Assembly (NCBI GenBank): GCA_022822905.1
Contig: JAJDYE010000016.1
Span: 152,731 to 216,730 of the forward strand
Length of the DNA: 64,000 nucleotides
Direction of reading: 5' to 3'
From: Acidimicrobiia bacterium
GTDB lineage: Bacteria > Actinomycetota > Acidimicrobiia > Acidimicrobiales > Bin134
Below, piece after piece: positions 39,307-48,677 of this stretch; position 1 is the stretch's first letter; the number at the start of each line of letters is the position of its first letter. The notes under the pieces were generated by a model. It saw only the letters and a program-made list of their open reading frames with translations, did not search any database and was not told the DNA's origin. The translations under genes and the position numbers were made by a program.

Positions 39307-40350
39307 ATGAGAAAGCTATGGAAGCTGTTTGCACTGCTTCTGGCGTTCACTCTCGTAGCCGCAGCATGCGGCAACGATGACGACGACTCCAGCGAGCCCG
39401 CATCCAGCGAGCCAACCGAAGCAGCGGCACCTGCCACTGAAGCACCAGAGCCGACCGAGGTCGTGGAAGTAGACCCAACCCAGGGCTGCGACAAGACCTA
39501 CCACGTCATCACCCACGGTGACTCCGGCACCTTCTGGTCAGTGGTCGAGGTGGCCGTGCGCGACGCCGCCGCAGCCATCGGCTGCGACGTGGTCTACTTC
39601 GGCTCCAACAACGACGCCCTGAGGCAAGCCCAGGAGATTGAGGCGGCCATCGCCGCCGGCTCCGACGGCATCGCCATCTCGCTGGCCGACCCGGCCGGCG
39701 TCCAGTCGGCTGCTGAGGCCGTGGTTGCCGCGGGCATCCCGCTGTACACGCTGAACTCCGGTGTGAACAACTACAAGGACCTCGGCGCCACCACCCACAT
39801 CGGCCAAACCGAGACGGTGGCCGGTAACGGCGCGGGCGAGCGGTTCAACGCTCTGGGCGCCACCCACGTGCTCTGCGCCCGCCAGGAGCAGACCAACGTG
39901 GCTCTCGAAGAGCGCTGCAACGGTCTGGCCGAAACCTTCAGCGGCCAGGTGACCTCGGAGTTCGTCGGTCTCGACGCCACCCCCGATGAGCAGCAGAACA
40001 CCATTGCCGCCATCCTCCAGGGCGATGAGAGCATCGACGGCGTGCTCGGCGTCGGTCCGAACCTGCCCCTGCGGGCTCTCGCTGCCGGTGAGCAAGCCGG
40101 TAGGGACCTCATCATCGGCGGCTTCGACCTGTCCAGCGACCTCATCGATGAGATCGAGGCGGGCAACGTGGCCTTCACCGTCGACCAGCAGCAGTACCTC
40201 CAGGGCTACCTGCCGGTCATCCTGATGCACCTGCAAGCCACCAACCTGAACACCGCGGGCGGCGGCCTGCCCATCCTCACCGGTCCGGGCTTTGTCGACA
40301 CCGCCAACGCGGCAGAGGTCAAGGCGCTGGTGTCCCAGGGAACCCGCTAA
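39307..40350 (+). CDS. Sugar (inositol-type) ABC transporter substrate-binding lipoprotein
   Basis: Lipoprotein signal MRKLWKLFALLLAFTLVAAAC followed by a GNDDDDS linker. PBP type I body. Confidence 0.8.
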   Translation: MRKLWKLFALLLAFTLVAAACGNDDDDSSEPASSEPTEAAAPATEAPEPTEVVEVDPTQGCDKTYHVITHGDSGTFWSVVEVAVRDAAAAIGCDVVYFGSNNDALRQAQEIEAAIAAGSDGIAISLADPAGVQSAAEAVVAAGIPLYTLNSGVNNYKDLGATTHIGQTETVAGNGAGERFNALGATHVLCARQEQTNVALEERCNGLAETFSGQVTSEFVGLDATPDEQQNTIAAILQGDESIDGVLGVGPNLPLRALAAGEQAGRDLIIGGFDLSSDLIDEIEAGNVAFTVDQQQYLQGYLPVILMHLQATNLNTAGGGLPILTGPGFVDTANAAEVKALVSQGTR

Positions 40351-40392
40351 ACCCCATAACTGACGTGCGGCGCTGATCGCGTCGCATACAAG

Positions 40393-40440
40393 AAAGGAGC
40401 GCTGTCCGGGGCATCCGGGCAGCGCTCCTTTCATTTGGTC
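40393..40440 (+). terminator. Strong hairpin (17-bp stem, 5-nt loop) plus T-rich tail after the binding-protein gene; intra-operon terminator/attenuator
   Basis: aaaggagcgctgtccgg-ggcat-ccgggcagcgctccttt (one G-U pair), followed by catttgg. Confidence 0.6.
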
Positions 40441-40498
40441 TACAGTCAAGGAAATTCATTACTCGGGTACATCGCCCAGGTTGAGAGGGGGGACTCTC

Positions 40499-42727
40499 GT
40501 GGCCGAAGTGACCACCACGAATGACTCTGCGGCTGATTCGTCGCCAGCGCAAGACGAGCGATTAGCCCATCGAGGCCCGGTCCAGCAGCTGCTGACCAGA
40601 CCCGAGATCGGCGCTCTGATCGGAGCCGTCGGGGTATGGCTGTTGTTCTGGCTGGTTTCGGCACCGTTCGGAACCGCGGGCGGCACGGCCAACTACTTGG
40701 ATGTGGCCGCCACCCTCGGCTTGATGGCGGTGCCGGTGGCCCTGTTGATGATCGGGGGTGAATTCGACCTCTCCTCGGGCTCCATGACCGGCGCCACCGC
40801 GGTGATTGTGGTCCTGTTGAGCAGCGACACCGCCGAGTTGGGCGGCGCCGGGCTCAGCTTGCACCTTGCGGTGCCGCTCTCGCTGGCCTTTGCCTTGGCC
40901 ATCGGCTGGTTCAACGGCACGCTGGTGGACAAAACCTCGCTGCCCAGCTTCATCGTCACGCTGGGCACTTTCTTCATCCTCATCGGAGCAAAACTCGGAT
41001 TCACCAAGCTGTTCACCAACAAGGTGATTGCCGAGGGTCTCGACCGGTCGGGCGGCTACGAGTTTTGGGACAACATTTTCGGCGCCTCCTGGATTCGCAA
41101 CGGCCACGTCTGGGACAACCGAGACTGGGCCTGGAGCGGCATGCTGATCATCGGCGCGGTGGTGTTGATCTTGGGCACCATGGAGTTGGCCTACGCCCGC
41201 CGGGAGCACCCCAACCGCGGCGGCTACCTGATTTCTGCGGTGGGGGCCGCAGTCGGGGCAATCGGCTATATCCTGCTTCACAACCAGGACGGGAAGGGCT
41301 CCAACTGGGTCTTCGGGATCATCACCGGGGCGGGAGTACTGGTGGCGGTGGCCGGCTGGTGCCTGGCCCGCTACCAACCGGCTGAACGGGAATCCAGCCA
41401 GGAGGAGCGCAACCCGCGTATCGTCCAGTACTTCGTCGTTGGGTTGGTGGCGATCGTGGGAGCGATTCTCATCGCCTGGGTAATGGACTCCAACAACGAA
41501 GACCGCCTCGACTTCTTGACCGGCACTCCGGGCCGCGTGTTCCTAGCCATCGGCATCGGCACCACCGGTGTGCTGGCCGTTTTGGCCGCGTTGGGCCGGG
41601 TCAGCGTGGGATACCCGGCTATCGGTGCGGTGATCGCCCTCATCCCCGGAATCAGCTACATGATCACCGTGCAGGGCGCCCGAGCCATCCTCTTCGGCGG
41701 GCTGGCCATCGCCGGTGTGGTGGTGCTCAGCATTGCCGCCAGACGTCGCGGGCTGGCAGCGGTGTTCACACTGCTCACCGCAGGGGCCGTCGCAGGGCTG
41801 GCCTTCTTCATCCAGTCCGAAGCCGATTCCCGCAAGCTGCGGGTGGAATTGTTCACCGCCCTGCTGTTGATCGCGCTCCTGCTGGCCGCATCAGCAGTCA
41901 CCCGGTTGATCGCCGCCCGGCGCACCACCGCCCCGCCGCCACCGATACACGGCCCGCTCGCGCGGCAAATCGGGACAGCCGTCGGCTTGGTCGCAGGACT
42001 GTTGTCGTTGATCCTGGAATTAGCCGATGGCGACGGCATCCTCTACAGCATCATCATGGCGGTGGCCAAGGGAGGCATTGCCGCCTTCGCGGTCTTTGCC
42101 TTGGCAACCCTCTACCGCACCCTGTTCACCCCCGACGAGAGCGTGGGCCGATCCCTGGTCTTCGTCGGTCTCGGTTCAGTGATGCTGGGCATTGCGGCCA
42201 AACTGATGTTCATAACCAGCGAGGAACTGGCGAACACCCGGGCAGAGACCCGGTTCGGAGTGGGTGTGATGCTGTTCCTGGCGTTCGCGGTGCTCGGCGC
42301 TTGGGTGCTGGCCCGCACCCAGTTCGGCAACTGGGTCTTCGCGGTGGGCGGCAACAAGGACGCCTCTCGCTCGGTGGGTGTGCCTGCCGCCCGTACCAAG
42401 ACCACGCTGTTCATGCTGGTGTCGGCATCGGCATGGATTACTGGCATGGTGATCGCTTTCCGGCTCAACTCAGTACAGGCCAACGTGGGCGACGGCAACG
42501 AGTTCCGCTACATCATCGTGGCCGTGGTTGGCGGCTGCCTGCTCACCGGCGGCTACGGATCGGCCATCGGTGCGGCCATCGGCGCCGTGATCTGGGGCAT
42601 GATCACCTCCGGTATCGGCTTCGCCACCTGGAACAGCGACTGGCGCTTCTTGGTGCTGGGCGCCCTGTTGCTGGTGGCGGTGCTAGTGAACAACTACGTG
42701 CGCTCTCAAGCGGAGAAGGTCCGATGA
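40499..42727 (+). CDS. ABC transporter permease (ribose type), oversized (~742 aa) with a large extra multi-helix insertion
   Basis: The conserved N-terminal block reaches ...[13 protein letters not shown]. The C-terminal block is [28 protein letters not shown].... The two are separated by about 400 aa of additional hydrophobic helices. The GTG at 40499 follows GAGGGGGG. Confidence 0.7.
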   Translation: MAEVTTTNDSAADSSPAQDERLAHRGPVQQLLTRPEIGALIGAVGVWLLFWLVSAPFGTAGGTANYLDVAATLGLMAVPVALLMIGGEFDLSSGSMTGATAVIVVLLSSDTAELGGAGLSLHLAVPLSLAFALAIGWFNGTLVDKTSLPSFIVTLGTFFILIGAKLGFTKLFTNKVIAEGLDRSGGYEFWDNIFGASWIRNGHVWDNRDWAWSGMLIIGAVVLILGTMELAYARREHPNRGGYLISAVGAAVGAIGYILLHNQDGKGSNWVFGIITGAGVLVAVAGWCLARYQPAERESSQEERNPRIVQYFVVGLVAIVGAILIAWVMDSNNEDRLDFLTGTPGRVFLAIGIGTTGVLAVLAALGRVSVGYPAIGAVIALIPGISYMITVQGARAILFGGLAIAGVVVLSIAARRRGLAAVFTLLTAGAVAGLAFFIQSEADSRKLRVELFTALLLIALLLAASAVTRLIAARRTTAPPPPIHGPLARQIGTAVGLVAGLLSLILELADGDGILYSIIMAVAKGGIAAFAVFALATLYRTLFTPDESVGRSLVFVGLGSVMLGIAAKLMFITSEELANTRAETRFGVGVMLFLAFAVLGAWVLARTQFGNWVFAVGGNKDASRSVGVPAARTKTTLFMLVSASAWITGMVIAFRLNSVQANVGDGNEFRYIIVAVVGGCLLTGGYGSAIGAAIGAVIWGMITSGIGFATWNSDWRFLVLGALLLVAVLVNNYVRSQAEKVR

Positions 42728-42779
42728 CCCGTTCTTCGCAATCCGCTCCGAAAGCCAAAACCCTCAAGGAGGCCTGCTG

Positions 42780-43559
42780 ATGGCTGAATTCCTCGAACTC
42801 AACAACATCTCGAAGTTCTACGGGAACATCATCGCCCTCACCGGGGTCACCACCACGGTGAATCCCGGTGAGGTCACCTGCGTGCTCGGCGACAACGGCG
42901 CGGGCAAGTCCACCTTCATCAAGATCCTGGCCGGCGTACACCAGTACGACGAGGGCACGCTCTTGATGGAGGGCGAGGAGGTGCGATTCAACTCGCCCCG
43001 CGAGGCGCTGGGCCGAGGCATCGCCACCGTGTACCAGGACTTGGCCATGGTGCCGCTCATGTCGGTGTGGCGGAACTTCTTCCTCGGGTCGGAACCCAAG
43101 ACCGGCATTTGGCCCTTCCGCCAGATCGACATCGAGGGCGCCAAGCGAATCGCCAAAGAGGAGATGGCCAAGATGGGCATCGACATCCGCGATGTCGAGC
43201 AGCCCGTTGGCACACTCTCCGGCGGTGAGCGGCAATCGGTGGCCATCGCCCGGGCCAGCTACTTCGGCGCTCGGGTGCTGATCCTCGACGAGCCCACCTC
43301 GGCGTTGGGCGTGAAGCAGTCAGGAGTAGTGCTGAGGCGCATCGTGGAAGCTCGAGACCAGGGATTGGCGGTGATCTTCATTACCCACAATCCCAACCAC
43401 GCCTACCCGGTGGGAGACCGCTTTGTGATCCTCAACCGGGGAGTGTCCATGGGGAATTGGGCCAAAGAAGAGCTGTCCCAGGCTGATCTGACCCAGCTCA
43501 TGGCCGGCGGCGCCGAACTTGAAGCTCTCCAGCACGAGCTGGCTGGAGCTGGTACGTAG
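42780..43559 (+). CDS. ABC transporter ATP-binding protein
   Basis: Walker A is GDNGAGKST. The signature is [14 protein letters not shown]. Walker B is [11 protein letters not shown]. Confidence 0.85.
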   Translation: MAEFLELNNISKFYGNIIALTGVTTTVNPGEVTCVLGDNGAGKSTFIKILAGVHQYDEGTLLMEGEEVRFNSPREALGRGIATVYQDLAMVPLMSVWRNFFLGSEPKTGIWPFRQIDIEGAKRIAKEEMAKMGIDIRDVEQPVGTLSGGERQSVAIARASYFGARVLILDEPTSALGVKQSGVVLRRIVEARDQGLAVIFITHNPNHAYPVGDRFVILNRGVSMGNWAKEELSQADLTQLMAGGAELEALQHELAGAGT

Positions 43560-43591
43560 TCGTCGCTCCTGACCACAACTAACATCTCTGC

Positions 43592-44572
43592 GTGACTGAC
43601 GCACCGGGGACCGACATCGCCCGCGATTCGTCGGATATCGAGGTGCTGACCATCGGACGGGTCAGCGTCGATCTGTATCCCCAGCAAAGCGGGGTGCCGC
43701 TGAGCAGGGTGGAGTCGTTTGCCAAATCCGTCGGCGGCTCCCCCACCAACGTGGCCGTGGCCTGTGCCCGGCTGGGCCGGCGGGCCGCGGTGGTTACCCG
43801 GGTTGGCGACGACGGCTTCGGGGAGTACATCCGGAACGAGCTGGCCGAGGTGTTCGGCGTGGAGAATCGCTATGTGTCCACCGACCCCGAGCTGCGCACC
43901 GCCCTGGCCTTTTGCGCCCTCGACCCACCGACCGACCCGCCGCTGCTGTTTTACCGCGAGCCTCGGGGCCCGGAGATGAACTTGCTGCCCGACGACATCC
44001 CCGACATCGCCGCCACGGTGCCGGTGCTGTGGACAGCAGGATCTCGCTTCGCCCAAGAGCCGTCCCGCTCCACCGTGATGGAAGTGCTCCAGCGCCGGAA
44101 CCGCCGTCCCCATACTGTGCTCGACTTGGACTACCGGCCCAGCTTCTGGTCCTACTCCCAGGAGGCCGGCGAGCACATCGGGCAGGCCGTGGAGTTGGCC
44201 ACTGTGGCGGTGGGCAACCGAACCGAGTGCGAGATCGCCGTGGGCACCGCCGACCCCCATGCCGCCGCCGACCGGCTGCTGGACCGGGGAGTGTCGCTGG
44301 CCATTGTGAAGCAGGGGGAAGCCGGGGTGCTGGTGGCCACCCCGGAGAGCAGGGCGGAGGTGCCGCCCATCCCGGTGGAGGTGGTGTGCGGATTGGGCGC
44401 TGGGGATGCTTTCGGGGGCTCGTTGGCCGACGGGCTATTGGCCGACCTCGACCCGGTGGCAATCGTCACCCGGGCCAACGCAGCCGGAGCTATTGTGGCC
44501 GGTCGCCTGGCATGTTCACACGCCATGCCAACCCCTTCCGAGATCGACGAGATGCTGGCCCCACACCAGTGA
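43592..44572 (+). CDS. iolC: 5-dehydro-2-deoxygluconokinase (PfkB family)
   Basis: VLTIGRVSVDLYPQQSGVPLSRVESFAKSVGGSPTNVAVACARLG and GAGDAFGG. Inositol-cluster context. Confidence 0.75.
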   Translation: MTDAPGTDIARDSSDIEVLTIGRVSVDLYPQQSGVPLSRVESFAKSVGGSPTNVAVACARLGRRAAVVTRVGDDGFGEYIRNELAEVFGVENRYVSTDPELRTALAFCALDPPTDPPLLFYREPRGPEMNLLPDDIPDIAATVPVLWTAGSRFAQEPSRSTVMEVLQRRNRRPHTVLDLDYRPSFWSYSQEAGEHIGQAVELATVAVGNRTECEIAVGTADPHAAADRLLDRGVSLAIVKQGEAGVLVATPESRAEVPPIPVEVVCGLGAGDAFGGSLADGLLADLDPVAIVTRANAAGAIVAGRLACSHAMPTPSEIDEMLAPHQ

Positions 44573-44591
44573 CCCCCGCTGAGGCGAGAGC

Positions 44592-45572
44592 ATGACCGGA
44601 TCCAACACCAAAATCCGCATCTGGATCGACCGGACACCCCCGCCCGGGGTCGAGATCCCCTCTGACGTGGAGTTGGTTGACGGCCCCGACCACGCCGACG
44701 GCGTGGTGGTGGCCGCCGATCGGCCCTGGGATGACGATGCCTGTCGGCGGCTGCCCCAGCTCAAAGTTGTGGCCCGCTCGGGCATCGGCTACGACAACGT
44801 GGACGTTGCTGCCTGCGCCGCCCACGGCGTGGCGGCCTGCAACACCCCCGACGCCCCCACTGTCTCCACCGCCGAGCACGCGCTGGCCCTGATGCTGGCG
44901 GTGACCAAGCGCCTCAAGGGCTCCGAAGCACGCTTGGCTGCGGGTACCGCGGGCGGGCCGGGAAGGCTCACCGGCCCCGGCGCTCTGGAGCTGGACGGAC
45001 GAAGCTTGGGGCTGGTGGGGTGCGGACGGATCGGCGGCCTTCTTGGCCGCTATGCCGAGGCGATGGGAATGACCGTGCTGGTTTACGACCCGTATTTGGA
45101 TGCCGCGCCAATGGGCAAGCTGGTCGACCTAGACCAACTCTGGGCCGAGTCAGACGTAGTGTCGCTGCACGCCCCCGCCACCGCGGAGACCCGCCACGTC
45201 GTCAACACCGACTCCCTGGCTGCCATGCGCCCCGGCGTTGTCATCATCAACTGCGCCCGGGGAGCGTTGGTCGACCAAGAGGCCCTGCTGGCCGCCCTCG
45301 ACTCCGGCCACGTAGCCGGAGCAGGCCTCGACGTGACCGAACCCGAGCCGCTGCCCCCCGACCACCCGCTACTGGGCCGCGACAACGTGTTCGTCACCCC
45401 CCATGTGGCTTCAACCACCACGGTGGGCATTGTCCGCCTCGTGGGGCAGGCGCTGGAACAGGCCCTCATTTGGCTGCGGGGCGGGACCCCTGAGCACCTG
45501 CTCGACCCCGCGGCCGCCCACCCCGCGGTGGACCGCAGAATCGCCCACGCCGACACCCCCCGCGCCTCATGA
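44592..45572 (+). CDS. D-isomer-specific 2-hydroxyacid dehydrogenase family protein
   Basis: The NAD motif is GLVGCGRIGG. Also present are NCARGALVD and TPHVAS. Confidence 0.75.
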   Translation: MTGSNTKIRIWIDRTPPPGVEIPSDVELVDGPDHADGVVVAADRPWDDDACRRLPQLKVVARSGIGYDNVDVAACAAHGVAACNTPDAPTVSTAEHALALMLAVTKRLKGSEARLAAGTAGGPGRLTGPGALELDGRSLGLVGCGRIGGLLGRYAEAMGMTVLVYDPYLDAAPMGKLVDLDQLWAESDVVSLHAPATAETRHVVNTDSLAAMRPGVVIINCARGALVDQEALLAALDSGHVAGAGLDVTEPEPLPPDHPLLGRDNVFVTPHVASTTTVGIVRLVGQALEQALIWLRGGTPEHLLDPAAAHPAVDRRIAHADTPRAS

Positions 45573-46744
45573 CCTCTCGGCGACGCCTTGGCATTGCCGT
45601 GGTGGGATTCGGCTGGATGGGGCAAGCCCACTCCCGCTCCTACCTGCGGCTGCCCACGCTGTTCGAAGACCGGCCCTACGACGTTGACCTGGTGATCTGT
45701 TCCGACAATATGGAAGCCCGACGAGGCATTGCCGAGAGCGACTTCGGATTCCAGGAGACCACCGACGATTGGCGGCCCGCCGTCGAGCACCCCGACGTCG
45801 ATGCGGTGATCATCTGCGCTCCCAACATGCTGCACGAGCCCTTGGCCGTTGCTGCGGCCACCGCCGGAAAGCACGTGTTCTGCGAGAAGCCGGTGGGGGG
45901 AACCCCGGGCCAGACCGCCCGGATCGAGCAAGCCTGCCGCCGGGCCGGGATCGTCACCGGGGTGGGCTACAACTACCGTTTCGCCCCGCTGGTGCTCTAT
46001 GCCCAAGAGCTCATCGCCGCCGGCGAACTGGGGCAGATCACCAACTATCGGGGCCGGTTCTTCTCGATGTACGGGGCCGACCCCATGGGCCTGCTCTCCT
46101 GGCGCTTTCTCATCGACCAAGCCGGGCACGGTGCCACCACCGACATCTTGAGCCATGCGGTGGATCTGGCCCTGATGCTGAACGGCCCCATCACCCGGGT
46201 GGTGGGCATCGGCGAGACCTTCATAAAAGAGCGCCCGCTGCCGTCGGGGGCGGGGACCCACTACGACCGAGGCAGCCCCGGCGACCCCACCGGCGAGGTC
46301 ACCAACGAGGACTACTTCGGCGCGCTCGCCGTGTTCGCCAACGGCAGCCACGGGATGTTCGAGGCCAGCCGGGCCATCGTCGGCCCCCAAAGCCAAATGG
46401 CCTTCGACGTCTACGGCACCGAGGGCGCTTTGAGCTGGAACCACGAGACATTGAACGAACTCCAGCTTTTCCGGGCGTCCGACCCGCAGCAGGGCTACAC
46501 CACCGTTCGGGCCAGCGATCGCCACCCCTTCCACGGCGCCTTCGTACCGGGCGACGCCAACTCCATTGGCTTCGAGGACATGGTGGCCATCCAAGACCAC
46601 GAGTTCCTCGCCGCGGTGGCCGAGGGGCGGCCTCACACTGCGGGCATGGAGCAGGCTCTGGCCTGCGTGAGTGTGCAAGCGGCCATGCTGAAGAGCTGGG
46701 AGACCGGCACCTGGGAAGATGTGGTATCGCTGAGGATCGATTGA
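45569..46744 (+). CDS. Gfo/Idh/MocA family oxidoreductase
   Basis: The N-terminal Rossmann motif is LGIAVVGFGWMGQAHS, and EKP occurs in VFCEKPVG. Confidence 0.75.
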   Translation: MTSRRRLGIAVVGFGWMGQAHSRSYLRLPTLFEDRPYDVDLVICSDNMEARRGIAESDFGFQETTDDWRPAVEHPDVDAVIICAPNMLHEPLAVAAATAGKHVFCEKPVGGTPGQTARIEQACRRAGIVTGVGYNYRFAPLVLYAQELIAAGELGQITNYRGRFFSMYGADPMGLLSWRFLIDQAGHGATTDILSHAVDLALMLNGPITRVVGIGETFIKERPLPSGAGTHYDRGSPGDPTGEVTNEDYFGALAVFANGSHGMFEASRAIVGPQSQMAFDVYGTEGALSWNHETLNELQLFRASDPQQGYTTVRASDRHPFHGAFVPGDANSIGFEDMVAIQDHEFLAAVAEGRPHTAGMEQALACVSVQAAMLKSWETGTWEDVVSLRID

Positions 46745-46757
46745 AGGGAGGGCAGCC

Positions 46758-48647
46758 ATGGAAACCATCCGTATGACAACCTCCGGGGCCGTGGTGCGCT
46801 ATCTGGCGGCCCAGCGCATCGAGGTCGACGGCCAGGCTGTTCCCCTGTTCGCAGGAGTGTTCGCCATCTTCGGCCACGGCAACGTCACCTGTCTGGGCCA
46901 TGAGCTGGAGCAGGCCGGCGAGGCGCTGCCCACCTGGCGAGGTCAGAACGAGCAAGGCATGGCCCTGGCCGCGGTGGCCTACGCCAAGGCCAACCGCCGC
47001 CGCCGTATCATGGCCGCCACCAGCTCCATCGGCCCCGGTGCCACCAACATGGTGACCGCGGCTGCGGTGGCCATGGCCAACCGGATGCCGCTGCTGCTGT
47101 TGGCCGGTGACACCTTCAACAGCCGCATCCCCGACCCCGTGCTCCAGCAGGTGGAGCACTTCGGCAATCCGACTGTGACGGTAAACGACGCCTTCCGACC
47201 CGTGGTCCGCTACTGGGATCGCATCACCGCGCCCGAGCAGCTGGTCCAGTCGCTCCCCAACGCCGTCAATACCATGCTCGACCCCGGCGACTGCGGTCCG
47301 GCCTTCATCGGTCTGCCCCAAGACATCCAGGGCGAGGCTTACGACTTCCCCGCCCGTTTCTTCGAGGAGGCCATCCACGAGATCCGCCGTCCCCGGCCCG
47401 ACACCCGCGAGCTTCGTCGGGCCGCGGCCGCGCTGGTTGCCGCTGAGCGGCCTTTGATCGTGGCCGGCGGCGGGGTCCACTGGTCGCTGGCTGAAGACGA
47501 GCTGCGCTCTTTCGCTGAGATCCACAACATCCCGGTAGTGGAGACGGTGGCCGGGCGCACCTCGCTGGTGGCCGACCACCGGCTGAATTGCGGCCCCATC
47601 GGCGTCACCGGGTGCACCTCGGCCAATGCCATGGCTGCCGAGGCCGATGTGGTGCTGGCGGTGGGCACCCGCCTGGGCGACTTCGTCACCGGATCGTGGA
47701 CGGTGTTCGGCGGGGGCGACGACGTGCAGATCATCGGTCTGAACGCGGCCCGCTTCGACGCCACCAAGCATCGCTCGCTGCCGCTGGTGGCCGACGCCCG
47801 CGAGGGCCTCACCGAGCTGGGAGCGGCCCTGGGCGATTGCCGGGCCCCCGAGGAGTGGTCAGACCGGGCCTCTTCGGAGACTTCGCAATACCACGCCTAC
47901 ATCGACAAGATCGCCGCCCCCGAGACGGTGGCAGCGGCCGGACGATCTGCCGACAACGCCGAGGCCGACGCCGATCTGCCCACCTATGCCCAGGTCGTGG
48001 GAGTGGTGGACCGGGCCGCCGATGAGTCCACCTATGTGCTGGCCGCGGCCGGGGGATTCCCCGGCGAGCTGGTCAACGGATGGCGGGGCCAGGCCGTCCA
48101 TTCCTTCGATTGCGAATACGGCTATTCCTGCATGGGCTACGAAATCTCCGGCGGATGGGGGGCCAAGATGGCCCTCCCCGACCGGGAGGTGGTGGTGCTG
48201 GTTGGAGACGGCTCATACCTCATGATGAACAGCGACCTGTACAGCACGGTGCTCACCGGCCACAAGCTCATCGTGATCGTGTGCGACAACGGCGGGTACG
48301 CGGTGATCAACCGCCTGCAACTGGCCCAGGGCGGCGTGCCGTTCAACAACCTCTTCGCCGACTCCCGCGTGCAGCAAGTAACTCCGGTCGACTTCGCGGC
48401 TCACGCCGCCTCTATGGGCTGTGGGGCCGAGACCGTGACCTCCATCACCGAACTCGAGGCCGCCTTCGGCCGGGCTAGGGCCTCAGACCGCACCTACGTG
48501 ATCGCGCTCAACACCCATGCCTACCGCTGGACCGAGGGCGGATCGTTCTGGGAGGTGGGCGTGCCCGAGGTGAGCGCCAGCGCCGATGTGCGAGCAGCCC
48601 GAGCCGCCATGGACACCGGCAAAGCCGATCAACGGGTGGGATGGTGA
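46758..48647 (+). CDS. iolD: 3D-(3,5/4)-trihydroxycyclohexane-1,2-dione acylhydrolase (TPP-dependent)
   Basis: The N-terminus TSGAVVRYLAAQRIEVDG...IFGHGNV...WRGQNEQGMALAAVAYAK is typical of IolD. The size (629 aa) also fits. Confidence 0.8.
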   Translation: METIRMTTSGAVVRYLAAQRIEVDGQAVPLFAGVFAIFGHGNVTCLGHELEQAGEALPTWRGQNEQGMALAAVAYAKANRRRRIMAATSSIGPGATNMVTAAAVAMANRMPLLLLAGDTFNSRIPDPVLQQVEHFGNPTVTVNDAFRPVVRYWDRITAPEQLVQSLPNAVNTMLDPGDCGPAFIGLPQDIQGEAYDFPARFFEEAIHEIRRPRPDTRELRRAAAALVAAERPLIVAGGGVHWSLAEDELRSFAEIHNIPVVETVAGRTSLVADHRLNCGPIGVTGCTSANAMAAEADVVLAVGTRLGDFVTGSWTVFGGGDDVQIIGLNAARFDATKHRSLPLVADAREGLTELGAALGDCRAPEEWSDRASSETSQYHAYIDKIAAPETVAAAGRSADNAEADADLPTYAQVVGVVDRAADESTYVLAAAGGFPGELVNGWRGQAVHSFDCEYGYSCMGYEISGGWGAKMALPDREVVVLVGDGSYLMMNSDLYSTVLTGHKLIVIVCDNGGYAVINRLQLAQGGVPFNNLFADSRVQQVTPVDFAAHAASMGCGAETVTSITELEAAFGRARASDRTYVIALNTHAYRWTEGGSFWEVGVPEVSASADVRAARAAMDTGKADQRVGW

Positions 48648-48677
48648 ACCGATGAGCCGGGTGGGCCGGGCGAAGAA

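Noticed and set aside
40481-40498. TTG at 40481 as the permease start
   Set aside because: The GTG at 40499 is preceded at proper spacing by GAGGGGGG, whereas the TTG lies inside that Shine-Dalgarno-like run.
45083-46768. 561-aa minus-strand ORF, with similar long antisense ORFs at 46299-47771(-), 51012-51953(-), 15232-16344(+), 8607-9389(+) and 19676-20629(+)
   Set aside because: Each lies opposite a gene with clear family motifs (Gfo/Idh/MocA, iolD, epimerase, aminotransferase, gatB, Mo-enzyme). Their translations are Arg/Gly/Pro/His-rich low-complexity strings. These are typical stop-poor shadow frames of high-G+C DNA.
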